64,000 nt of DNA, taken from contig NC_045697.1 in NCBI RefSeq assembly GCF_009834535.1, forward strand, positions 116,376,001-116,440,000, in the 5' to 3' direction. This document shows, one piece after another, positions 13,549 to 25,441 of the stretch (positions are counted from its first letter, which is position 1; every line of letters starts with the position of its first letter). The notes below the pieces were generated by a model. The model had not been told where the DNA came from and did no database searches. It saw nothing but the letters and a program-made list of their open reading frames with translations. Both the position numbers and the translations under genes were made by a program. Origin of the DNA: Camelus ferus (Eukaryota).

Positions 13549-15509
13549 GTAGGGTCACTTGCTTGTCTGGATCTTCGTAGAAAACGTCAGGCTGTTTCAA
13601 CGTGAGAATTCAATAATGCTATTTAATATTAATGCTACAAATAATCAGTCTTACATCTCCTTTTAACCTATCAAAACGTTTTGTAAGCCATGTTGGATTT
13701 CCGCAGTGACGTCCGCACAGCGGGCAGGTGGGTATCATCGCCACACTGTAGATAAAGAAAACAGGAGGTGTGGGGCTCACCCCTTAGAACTGCTTGTTTA
13801 TCATGTGGTTTAACCTGGAGAGAATGGCCAGTTTCTTGGTTTCCAAAACCTGAGAGCGGTCTCAGGCAGAGGGATGGAGGTAAACCTACAACCCTTCTTA
13901 AAACCTCTCAGACTGGTTAGCAGAGTAAGAATATACCAGTTCCAATTCAAGGGTTTTTCCCTCCCCATCGCTCTCCGTGGAATCTTGAACGAGTTGCGTA
14001 ATTTCCTGATACGGGTTTTTGTATTGGGAAAACGGGGGTGTTAGTATCTGTCCTGAACATTCTGTAGCTGTCGTGAGAGCCAAGGAAAGAGTGTGTAAGC
14101 ATGTATTCAAATGAACAGCTGTTTCCTGGGGTCCTGCTGCATAATCCCACAGCCGGGTCCGCTTTGCGGTCCTCCGGCATTTCAGGGTGGAGGGTGACAG
14201 CAGCCTTCCATGATGACACGGCGAAGAGACCAGACAGGATGCATCTGGAGACACCTGCTCCCTACGTGGAGGGGGTCTCCTGGCTCCACTGGAGAACCGT
14301 GCTACCTCCCCAGAATATTGCTTATCATCTCTCTCCAGGGATCTGATGCGTCAGCAGTTGTCCATCTAACAATTAATTATGTATGTATATGAAATCCTGT
14401 GAGGCAGCCTTAGAAGCCCTCCTTGGTGGGTGCTGCCCCCAGGATGCTCTGTACTGAAGAAGGGAGCGGCTCGGCTGCGAGCGTGCCTACGTGGTCTGCA
14501 TTTTGAGCTGGGTCCAGATGAGACTGCTGCAGCATGCAGGAGGAGGCTTGGATTAGCTCTTTCCCACCACTGAACTAATTTTGTGTAGGATTAGAGCAAT
14601 CGTGGATTAAATGATCCCAAATGCCTCCTGTCACTTGCTGAATCCAACTGAGATGTTTTTGCATGTTAAAAAAAATCTGTGAAAAGACTTACTTAGAAAT
14701 GATTTCAAACTTTTGGGAAGGTTATTTAGACATCAGCCTAGGGGGAGGATGGATTAGAAGCATTGCTGTGAGGCGTGAGTGTGGAAGGGCGAGTTTGGAG
14801 GGCATTTTGGTAACTGTTGAGAGACAAGGAGGGACTGAAAGAAGGCAAAGAGAAAGGGGAACAGCGGATGCATCTGGGATGCAGAGAGTAAGCTGGGCAC
14901 TCTGGGTACTGACTGGATGTGGGGGAGACCTCAGCTGCACAGAAGGAGGAAAGGGAGACAGTGGACCACAGACCTTACGAGATGCGGGTGGGGCGAGGGT
15001 AGGAGGCAAAGAAGTGAATGACAAGTAAACCTCTCTAGAAAGAGCTGAGTTGTCAAGGAAGGAGAAACTGGGGATAAAGAATGGGGAGGGGGACGGAGGA
15101 GAAAGTCGGGAGACTGAGAACTTGCAGGTGATGGCCGGAGGTCCCCGACAGCCGAGGGCGATGCCCAGCTGTGGGAACTCGCACCCGGCTGCAGGGGTTA
15201 ATGCCTACAGGCAGGCTTTCCTCTCCCACGGTGCACGAAGAAGTGGGACCTCCTTCTCTGCCATCCCACAGGGTGGTTCTCACTTAAGACTTCCCCTGCT
15301 CTCCAGCACCCCCTTGGCTACACATACTCAGAGATCATGTGACTTGGATATGTCAGCCCTTAAGGGGTGACGCTGAGGTCCTTACTGTTCACTGCATTAG
15401 AGATCTCACTTCAAAGTCCGCTTCCTATCATGGGTGTGGCGGTATTCCACTACCCGTCTCCATTTTGGGGGCATCATATATAGAACTGGACCGACCCCTC
15501 AAGTACCGG

Positions 15510-16230
15510 TGCTAGTCAGGGTTCTCCAGAGACACAGAACCAGCGGGATGGATGGATGGATACATGGATGGATGGATGGATACAGGGATGGAAGGATACA
15601 TGGATGGATGGATGGATGGATGGATGGATACATGGATGGATGGATGGATGGATACATGGATGGATGGGTGGATGGATGGATACATGGATGGGTGGATGGA
15701 TGGATGGATGGATGGATGGATGGATAGACACATGGATGGATGGATGGATACATGGATACATGGATGGATGGATGGGTAGATAGATTGATAGATTATAAGT
15801 AGACGATAGACAGGTGCTACATGGATAGGTAGTTAGGTAGGTAGTTAGGTAGGAAGGTAGGTAGGTAGGTAGCTTTCTTTTAAGGAACTGGTTCATGAGA
15901 CTGTGGAGGCTGGCAAATCCCAAACCTGCACAGTGGGCTGGAGACTCCAGAAGGCCATGAAGGCAGCCTGGAGGCAGAATTTCTTCCCTTCCCTTTCTTC
16001 CCTTCCCTTCCCTACACAATGTCAGTCTATTTTCTCTTAAGTCCTTCACCTGATTGGACGAGGCCCTCTCACACCATGGAGGATAATCTGCTCTACTCAA
16101 AGTAATCTAAACCTCTAAATGTTAATCTCACCTAAAAAAAATACCTTCACAGCAACATCCACACTGGTATTTGACCAAATATCTGGGTACCATGGCCTGA
16201 GCAAGATGAGACGCCTAAGATGAACTATTA
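15510..16230 (-). mobile_element. MLT2-type ERVL solo LTR containing an expanded microsatellite
   Basis: tagtcagggttctccagagacacagaacc...aaggaactggttcatgagactgtggaggctggcaaatcc...gttaatctcacctaaaaaaaataccttcacagcaacatcc. Confidence 0.8.
15546..15872. repeat. Compound microsatellite (GGAT)n with GGATACAT interruptions, then (GATA)/(GGTA)n
   Basis: Directly visible. Confidence 0.97.
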
Positions 16231-16243
16231 AAAGTACCCGTCT

Positions 16244-16290
16244 ACAACATTGTAAAATGATTATAAATCAATAAAAAATGTTAAAAAAAA
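16244..16290 (+). mobile_element. Tiny L1 3'-tip insertion (about 47 bp) with perfect 14-bp TSD
   Basis: aaaagtacccgtct at 16230-16243 and 16291-16304 flanking acaacattgtaaaatgattataaatcaataaaaaatgtt(A)n. Confidence 0.85.
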
Positions 16291-17389
16291 AAAAGTACCC
16301 GTCTCGTCCAGGTGTGAGGATTAAATGAGGTCACCTGTAGCAAGCACCTGACAGACCCAGAAAGCTATGTGGTTGGTGTGTATGTACGGGTCTAAGTTGT
16401 TGTCAAGGACGTGATTTTAAAGGGGACATGGAAAACACTGGAGATTTCCATTTAATCCAGAAAGGATTTTGCAATATCTAATATTACTTCTTCCTGTAGT
16501 CTTAACATAATTCAATATGGTATGATGTTGCTACAAAAGTTATACTTGATAGCATATTTTTCCTGAGGCCTCGGGGATCAATGATCTCATCCCTTTCATA
16601 GAAAATATTCTCTAATGCCCTTGATTTTCCTAAAATAAAATTCAAAAATAAAATAAACTACTCACACACTTAATTTATAACAAACCAATATAGTGCCCAG
16701 CTATACTATCTTAAAACTCACAGGAATATATATTTTAATACCTGGACACTGGGGCACTGGTGGATTAGAACAGAAACTATGATGAGGGTAAGGAGACGCT
16801 TGCTTCCTTCTGCTTGGGTCTCCAGGAGGCAACAGAGATGAGCGAACGCAGATACAGGTAGACCACTGATGACTCACACTACATGGGTACCACAGCGATT
16901 GGGAACACGGTTTTCCAAATTATGTCAATTCCTGTTAAAATCCACACCTTACCAAGTAAAATCTTGCCTCAGTGTGTACAACAGTGGTGTCCCTGGAAAA
17001 TTCAGCCTCTGTTCAAATCATGAGAGAAATAAGTTGTGTTTCCCTATAGAGCAGAATTAAATTCTGAGCTTAGATCATTATAAATGGGTCTTTCAGCCAC
17101 ACGAATGTCAGCAGGATATTAGAAGTCACACAGGAGGCAGGACAGCTCCTCGTTCCGTGGGGTGTCCCACACGTTCCAAGATGTCTCTCCCCTCCCTCAG
17201 CCCCCACCACTCCCTGCCAGCAGCCTTTACCCATCACTACACAACCAGAAATGTCCAACACTTCCAGGACATCCCTGCTGAAAACCTCTGATCTACACAG
17301 TGAACTTGTTTCAGCATGAGTGACTGGAAATGAGAACTTCAGTCCAATTAAATGCAACAAACAAATCATGTGCAGTACCAGGAAAACGT

Positions 17390-20300
17390 TCAAGATAAAT
17401 TCAAAAGGTTTATTGCACCAAATGCCACAGAAAAATGGATCAAAATAATCTGTGAACAAGTTTTAAGAAAAGATTTCCATACATTGACATTGATCACTAT
17501 TTAACTGATCAAAAACAGAAAGTCTTACCAATTTGTCTTAACAGAGCTTCAATAACAACAAATCAACCCTATAATCTTCTCCTTTTTTAAACACCACTTA
17601 AATTTAAGCATACTGCAATCTGGGATGGTTCACCGAATTTTGACATTTAAAAATGCACATTCAGAGAGGGCAGCTTGATTTAGGCAAATATGATATTAAA
17701 ACGTCCCCACCCCCAAAGCACAACAGAAAACAAATGGTTCACATTTACCGAGAAGTTGAAGACTTTTTCAATTTCATGGTGAAAGTATGCGTGAACAAAA
17801 TACTTGCAAAAGTACGTACGCATCAGTGGAAAAAGCCGGATGTTTAAAAGAACGGTGGGGTCACTTTTTATTCCTTATTGTTATGTACACCCAAGTCTAG
17901 TGTGGAACTTAAAAAGCTACGGATTAAGTTTTATAAAATCTCAGGACCTCACAAGAGGGCGCTCACAGCGGCTTAGTATCATCGAGCGGCCGGGATTGTC
18001 CTCCCTCCAAAAAAGTCCACTCTGAAAAGGATGGTTAAGTTAAAGTTTTGATGTGTAAACAGCAGTTCCGTGGGATGTGAAAAGTTGATATTTGCTTTCA
18101 GTAAAAAACAGCACGCTTCAGAAAAAAAATGGATTGAAGCCTGTACAAAAAGCTATTTAACACTGATAAAAAATAAAACCCTTTGGAATTCTGCACAAGT
18201 ACGGAAGCGACACTCTACCTTTTCCTCGTCCTGTTGAGACGCACACAATCATCTCGACGCTGGCATCACTCGTGGACCGCGCACGAGCCGACTGCGATGC
18301 CCGGAGGGACGTCGTCCCACTGGCGCGGACACGCCTGCTCGCTGGCGTCCGGACAAGCAGGGCGCTACGAAGGTACGCTCGCCAGGTAAGACCTCGGCGC
18401 GGGGGAGCCCGGAAGGTGGGGTCCTGTCAACTGAGGTAGTTTGCTCTGTGTTCATGTGTATTTTTAACTTTTTCTTTTTCTCTCGAGGTGGGCACGGGAG
18501 AGGGCAGGGTCCCTTCTTGCCTCCTGGGCTGAGGCGGATGAAGCCGCCGGGTGCTGCGCGGTGCTGAGGATGCATCTTACGGTGCCACGAATGCATCTTA
18601 CGGCGCCACGAGACTCTCCCCTCCGCTTCTGGGCGAACACGCGGGGCTGCTTAGATAAGGAGGCTTACACGGAGCAGGGACCATCTTGGCCTGTGTTTGT
18701 AGGGCAGCGGCTAACGGGGATACATGCTGCCTGGAGCCCTGAGCATCCCTGAGGCCACCTCCACCCTGGGGACCCCTCCCCACAAAGCCTCCCCACAGGA
18801 CGTTCTCCCCGGGGGTCTGGGGACAGTAGACTGAGGCAAACCCAGTATCCTCAGGCTTTGAGGGGTTTCTAGGTGAAGTGTGGAACCAGCCATCTAGAGC
18901 TCAGTTTCCCCCAGCCTGGGTCCAACTTGCAACAGGCCGCTCCCCTCCACAAGGACAGAGCCAGTTCTGTATCTGTTATTTCCTAGGAACCCCTAGGAGG
19001 TGGAGGCGGAGGGGCGCCCAGAATGTGTAAACAAGGAAGGGGACTGGAGATGCGGAAGCTTGGAGCCGTGCAGCCGGGAGGTGGCTCGCCGTTTATCACA
19101 AGGATGCACACGTAACAAACGGCAGGATGAGCGCAGCATCGGGGGAGGTCCACTCCATCTGTGGACGTGACAACGACAACCCTGTCACGGAACCAGGGAC
19201 TCAAAACACCAATCTCAGACGTCAGGCGAAAAGAAACAAACAAACAAAAAACATAAAGAATGGACAACGTCAAGTTTATGAGAGAAAAGACAGAAAATGT
19301 AAATTAAAGATCTTAAGAGCCTTAACGGACCCACCTCCACTTCACGTGGTAAAGAGGGGAGGGCAGCAGGCCTGACCCGTTCCAAAGAATTATTCCTAAG
19401 GAAGAACACACCTGTTTTTCCTCCCTTGGTTCTGCTGCGATGCTCTGTCAAACAAGTAACTCGCATTTGTAACAGAATTAAGACACAGACTTCTGTGACT
19501 TGGTGTTTGGGATCAGGATTTCATTGGACAGAAAATCTGAAGTCGTTTCGTATTGTGAGGTGTGGGGGTGACATGGAAAGGACTGGAATCGATTCGTACG
19601 ACAGTGAAGGAAATGGGAGCCTGGTTCGAGCGAGCGGTCCTCGCGAGCTGCAGGGCGCGGGCAGTGTCTGCCGGGCTCGGCTCACTCCTGCCTGTTACCA
19701 GGCCATTCCTCGAGAAGTCGTTCCTTTACCCTGGACATCAGCACATCATCTGTTTCACCATCAGTCAACTAAAGTTCTTTTCTATCGACAGAAAATTAAG
19801 GTTTTGTTTTGTTTTGTTTTTTAAAGCAAATTGTGTGAATGCATGGACGATTCTTCATTTTGGCGGGTGAGTGAATTTCTGGAAAGGTGTTTTAAAAAGG
19901 GCGTGGGGGTTGGAAGGCACGGAGATGATAATGTAAAAATTTAGCTCATGTGTGGATTGTTCACAAACGCTCAAACTAGTCCCTTCCGTGAGTCACCCAG
20001 AACCGTGACAGGTGCCGTGTCCGCCCAGGACAGCGGTACCTGGTAAAGTTCGACGGTCATTCGTCCTCACTCTTCCGGGAAGAAGGCGGCTTCGGCTGGA
20101 AGAACCGAGCAACGGAGACACTCCTGAGCTTGTGGAAACGGCTTTGGTAAACGGCCTCTGAAAAGGCTGCGGCAAGCTCTGAAGCATTAAGGTGAACGCC
20201 GTGGGGCGGGCCCAAGCGCGTGCGGCGCGGACCACGTCTGGATGGGGTGAAGCGGCTACATGAGTCTTGGGTTTATTGCACCAACAATGCGTCCCTAACC

Positions 20301-20780
20301 TGCCCACGCCAGCATCGCAAACGAGGTAAACTCGGGGAAGACGAGGGAGCAGCGGGTCCCCGGAGCTCTGGTCCCCACAGCCAGTTCCCACTCGGCCCTC
20401 GGCATTGGCACCCAGGGACCCTTCTCAGAACAGCAGGACAGGCTTCCTCCGCCTGGAGAGCCCACGCTGAAGCTCTGAGCCGTCTCCTCCTGGAATGGTC
20501 CGCGCTGGGAGGTGGTCACTGCTCCGCCCGCACACGCCGTCGGGACCCGCAGCTCCGCCTCCGCGTCCACGCAGGGCCCCGCCTCCTCCTGCACGAGAAT
20601 CCCGGGAACCGGAGGCCCGACGTGTTCGGAAAAACACGCACGAACCATGTCACCCGGCCCAGCATCCCCTGGAGAGCCACATGGCACGGCGGTGGCCTCG
20701 GCGACACGGAGGGCTGACCCTCCTCCTCCGGTGGAGAGCCTGACTCCTCCTTCGCGGGAAGACTCGGCCTGAGCGCCAGC
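17390..20780 (-). other. FNIP2: FNIP2 3' UTR (about 3.4 kb to the distal poly(A) signal; end approximate)
   Basis: Follows the stop codon; largely repeat-free; AATAAA on the minus strand at 17409-17414 followed by a U/GU-rich tract. Confidence 0.65.
17409..17414 (-). terminator. Candidate distal poly(A) signal AATAAA of FNIP2
   Basis: tttatt on plus; downstream on minus reads ...cgttttcctggtactgcacatgatttgtttgttgc (GU-rich). Confidence 0.65.
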
Positions 20781-20859
20781 TCATAAGAGTATCTGAGCCA
20801 CGTAGGGGGAGTGGGTGCTGGCGACGGCCGTCAGCAGGGGCAGGTCGTTGGACTCGATG
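20781..20859 (-). CDS. FNIP2: FNIP2 last coding exon ([25 protein letters not shown])
   Basis: Acceptor tctctccgcag|C; TGA at 20783-20781; [12 protein letters not shown] is the FNIP1/2 C-terminus. Confidence 0.96.
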
Positions 20860-20974
20860 CTGCGGAGAGAGGAGACAGAGTACGCAAGGTGCAGGGCTCA
20901 CCGGGGAGGCCCGCTGCCCGGCACCCAGCCTGCCCCGCCACCGAGCAGGGTCCCGCCGCCCCGCACGGCGAATG

Positions 20975-21075
20975 CACGCGATACCTTGTAATAACCTACG
21001 ATGGAAAGGAATCTGAAAAAGCACGAGTGTATGTTTGACCGAACCACTCCCCTGTACACCTGAAACCTGCAAGTT
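20975..21075 (+). mobile_element. Short L1 3' UTR fragment in the last FNIP2 intron
   Basis: ccttgtaataacctacgatggaaaggaatctgaaaaa...ctgtacacctgaaac, homologous to 48310-48410. Confidence 0.7.
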
Positions 21076-21898
21076 ACCTGCAGAAGCCAATGCCCCAAAA
21101 GGGGAGGGGACTTAAGTGTGGTACGTAAGGAAAACAAACGTGTGACAGGAAACGCTGGGCGCCAAACAGCACAGTCGGTCACAGCCTGGGTGTGATGGAT
21201 GGAAACTCGGACAACAATGCAGACGCCTGAGTCTTGGGGTCACACTTGGATGAGTGGACGTAATAGACAATTTCAGGGCTGAAAATGCGTTCCTGCCCCA
21301 AAGTGCGGGGATGGTCACCAGAGGTTGGGGGGACAGTCACCAGAGGTAAGGGGGACACTTCCCCATGTGCCCAGTGTCTTTTTCTTACTTCTCTCTGAGA
21401 TTAAACCAAAGCCAGAACTTCTCCCAGAGAAGTCAGGGCAGAGACTCCCGCGCAGGTGACACACGACTAGTAACAAGCACGTCCCCTCTTCTGCTGGGCG
21501 CACAGACAGGGAGGAGGGTGCAGTCACCCCTAGGACACGCGGGCAGGCCCCCAAGTCCCGGAGAACGGCCCTTCCTCCTTCCTCCAGCAAGACAGGCAGA
21601 CACAGCTGCTGGAGTGACAGCTGGTGATTTCCCGTCCTTCTGAAGTGACCAGACACGGGCAGGTGGAGGGGACTTCACTTTCCACTTTCAAGGAGAAAAC
21701 CACCCAAGGGGAAGACGAAGGAAGCACCGCTAGCTTAAAGGTCTGCATTTGTCCCCGGGTGGGTGTGAAACTCACTGGGGAGCCGCACGCGCTTGGGGGG
21801 GTCTGCGGGTTCAGGGCGGCCGCGGCTGGCTGGGTCGGGGGAACAGCGCCAGGACAGCCCCGTCGCGGGGAGAAGCGGTGCCACTTCACAGAACTCAC

Positions 21899-22014
21899 CC
21901 CAGGACGACGCTCAGTTCTTTGACGTGGACTCGCGTGTGCCCGCGGAGGTACTCGGACAGCATCTTACTCTTCAGGTACACCTCCTGCAGCCGGTCCTCC
22001 AGGTGCATGACGCA
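21899..22014 (-). CDS. FNIP2: FNIP2 penultimate exon (116 nt; [38 protein letters not shown])
   Basis: Acceptor ccgcag|TGC, donor GG|gtgagt; inside ORF 21895..22134. Confidence 0.96.
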
Positions 22015-23818
22015 CTGCGGAGCCAAGCGCGGCCACGGTGAGGGCGCGCGCCCGGGTCCCCGCTGGCGCTCTAGGAGCAACTCCCTTAACCCGCCTCTAA
22101 GCCCAAGACGCTGTCTCAGCTCTTCAACATACACTTAAACAATCACAAGCCCCCTCAAACCCCACCACTAGGAAAGATACGAAGAGGTTTGTGTCAAACA
22201 ATAATGTTTAAGTTTTCCAATGACTTAAGATCTCCATAGAACCAGAAATCGACACATTGTAAACTGACTGTAATTCAATAAAAATGTGTATATATATAAA
22301 AAGCTGATGAAGACCTTCATATGTATCCTCTAATCTTTTTTTTTAAAAAAGTATGTTTTTCACATAGTCGAAATCATTCTGTAAGTACAATTATTTCCTG
22401 TTTTCACAAACTTTAGAATAATCCTCTCCCCATGTTATTAAAAATTCTTCAATCAATGTAATTTTGATGACTAGATAATTTTTCAGAAGGTGAATTCACC
22501 ATGACTTACTTACCCATATAGCCATCTGCATTTTTGTTATTGTACCTAATTTTGTAAAAAGTATCTTTGTTACTGTTTTCCCCCCTATATCTCAGACTAT
22601 TTTGGTGTAAGACATCCCCAGAATGACTGGAACAAGGTTATTTTGAACTCTTTTTTTTTTTTTTCTCTCAAGAATGTACTTTAAGTAGGTCTTTGATGAC
22701 AGTAAAGAAAGATCAGTTATTTCCAGGACGTCTCTATGCTTGGAATTGTGTCCAGCTTCATTTTTTAGTGAGCAGCCACCATCTGTGTCTTGCACCAGAG
22801 GCAAGTGCTTTTGGGTTTGGCAGGCAGAGCTATCCAGGCACCTGATGGCTCCGGGACGGCTAACTCCATCAGACGTGATTTTCTTGTAGATCATTATGCC
22901 TGCTGTTTTCAAGGTAAAAAGATTAACAGATGCATTTAAAAATGTTGATCTTGACCATCTGGGCGGATCAGTGACATGGAAAAAGCATCCCATGAGAGAT
23001 GCCATCTTTTCCGTTTCTCACTGGCTTAAATTCTTCAATGTGCCGTGCAGGGTGGCTGGAGCACAACCGGTGAGCAAGTGAGAGTAATAATCAAAGCAAG
23101 GAGGGCCGCAGCCATTCTCACAGACACGTCCCCCCAGGTAAACCAAGTCCAGTGCTGAAAGGTGTCCTGTTACGTTTCAGTTCCTAACGGAGCAAATGCA
23201 AAGGTTTACTAAGTGTTACAAAATATGAAAGAGAACATTCACATTATGTTGAGTCCTTTATGTCTTAAAATAGCTCGTTCACAGTGTTTTCGTGGTCCCC
23301 CAGAAAACTGGGTGTTGCCACGTGGAAATGAAGACAACACCGGGTTACACAGAGTGGACACGAAACTTGAACTCAAAGCACTTTGTAAAAGCCTGATTAT
23401 GAAACAGAACTGTTTGGGGATCCCCCTCCCCTTTCTGAGATGGATTTCTTCAATTCTGAGATGGATTTCTTCAATTTTAACTTCTGAAATTTTAAATAGC
23501 GACTTTCTCTTCTCATACTGAGGGAACTAACAGGCATTTAGTCAAGTGTTTCATTCAAGTGATTTTTACGAAGAATTTTAAACTGTGGGTTAAATTTCCT
23601 TTGATGGTGATGTTGTCAGGTTAAGTCGGTCACTCTTAACTTAAACGTAACTTCCACCCAAATGGAGGAGGAAGAATTAGCTATGGGAACTGATCACTGG
23701 GATAACTAAGATGTCAAATCTAACAAGAGATATGTCATAGACTACAACATAAAAGTTTTTGTAAATACTTATAACAGTAAAAATTTGTAAAATCAAATCT
23801 CTTGCTCCTCTCTTATAG

Positions 23819-23908
23819 AAAAGATTTCAGCCTCCAAGTCGGCAGGAAGCAACTTGCTACTACAAAGGAAAGCTGTCTACAAATGTAGAACAAAGTATGA
23901 GGCTGTAA
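23819..23908 (+). CDS. SPMIP2: Probable SPMIP2 terminal coding exon (KRFQPPSRQEATCYYKGKLSTNVEQSMRL*)
   Basis: Strong acceptor ctcttgctcctctcttatag|AAA, phase 0 matching the 13548 donor; begins KR like recalled human C4orf45; TAA 23906-23908; AATAAA 48 nt later. Confidence 0.65.
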   Translation, partial: KRFQPPSRQEATCYYKGKLSTNVEQSMRL

Positions 23909-23955
23909 GACCCACAGGAGCCTCCTGCGTCCCTCACCCCCGCTGCTCAGGCCCA

Positions 23956-23961
23956 AATAAA
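23956..23961 (+). terminator. Candidate SPMIP2 poly(A) signal AATAAA
   Basis: AATAAA followed by GU-rich ggtggtgtcggtctt. Confidence 0.6.
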
Positions 23962-25441
23962 TGTTCCCGTGAAGCGGTGGTGTCGGTCTTCAGAGCCACG
24001 AATATTGCTTGAGAGAACCAATGGTTTCCAACAGTGGCACCAACGGTACTGTTTCCTGAGAGCTTAAAACATCTGTAACAATTACTGCAAGGGCTTCCCT
24101 GAACCACCTGACTTCATTTTCGTCACCACACGAGACGGGTTCTGTCGCTCCCCCAGCTTCAGCTCTGACAAGGCACACGGTTAGGAGGCAGTGGGGCTGG
24201 GCCACGAGGCCAGGCCACTGGCCCTGAAAGGACTGGCCACGAGTGTCCACTGGCGGTTAAGGCACCTCTCATGGGCAGTGTTTTCAGAGGAGTCTCAAAA
24301 CACGCTTGTCGAACAGGCACCGTCTTTACTTTACAGATGAGAAGGCTGAGGTTCTGAGATCTCAAGGTCGCCCGCCAACGAGGCAGTGGCAGAGCCTGGA
24401 CGTTACCCCGGTTACGTCCAGCGGTGTCCCTGTGATGTCGCACTGCCACCTCCGAAGACAGCCGGACGGTGTCTCAGGGCTCCTTCTTCCAGGACAGAGA
24501 AGCCCTGACTTCCTGCAGAATGTGGTGTGATTGGAGGTTCGGTCACAGGAGCTCATGAAAATCACTGCTCCGTAAGTGGCGGGTGCAGGTAGCTAATGTT
24601 CTGCTTCCTACTCCATGGGCGATAGCGCTGCATCTTTTGTGGCGGCCGGAAGGGAAGTGACGGCTGTGTGGTTTGGGGCAGAAGCGCAGAGAGCAGCATC
24701 GAGCAGAGGGAGGGCGGGCGGACGGGGATGCTCGCTCACCCACCTGCATCTGCTCCAGCCCGCGGGCTCTCCCAGGGCGCGCGCCCTTCAGCTGCCTCCT
24801 GCTTTGGAAACCTCCCTGCCTCCCTCTCTAAGTACATTTTCCCTCAGTCTCTGCACACACACGCACTCATGGATTTCTTTTGCATATTATTCCAGCAGAG
24901 CTGTCATCATTTTCTAGGAGATGCTGGGCGCTGCCTGCTGCTTGTATTTAATGTAATGTTACCAAAATGATTTAAAATCCCATTTGACAAGGAATGATTG
25001 CTACCATCTTCTGTGGGTCTGGTGCGTTCCCATTTTCAGTGTTGACACAGACCATATCCTATTTTATCTGTAACAACCTGGGGAGGACAGTCCCCAAACA
25101 CACGGGACTGCGGTCCCTTCAGAAACCAGCTTGCTTGGCATGGATGGAATAAAAGGAAAACCAGTGAGTTCTCCGGAGGAGGATTTTCAATCTCCCTTTC
25201 TGTGTGGTCCCTGCCTCTACACCTTACTTACTTTTCTACAGAACTTGTTCAGAAAGCTGTGTGTGGTTCCACATCCCCTGTCTCACGGGAGAGCCACTGA
25301 GACTGAGATCTACCCTTGTGCTGCTCTTCCGTCGCAGGTCTGATTCCACTGATCTAACCTCCAATTATGGCACAAGCAGTCCACAGGAGCTCGGGCTGCA
25401 CAGTCACCATACCAAGGGCCGTGTCCTCTGGCCATACTTAC

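Noticed and set aside
13549..13605. Read-through of ORF 13378..13605 as the SPMIP2 terminus
   Set aside because: A good donor at 13548, no canonical AATAAA nearby, and a better terminal exon at 23819; intron retention is not excluded
15434..16100. Repetitive ORFs (MDGW/IHPS repeats)
   Set aside because: Translations of the (GGAT)n microsatellite
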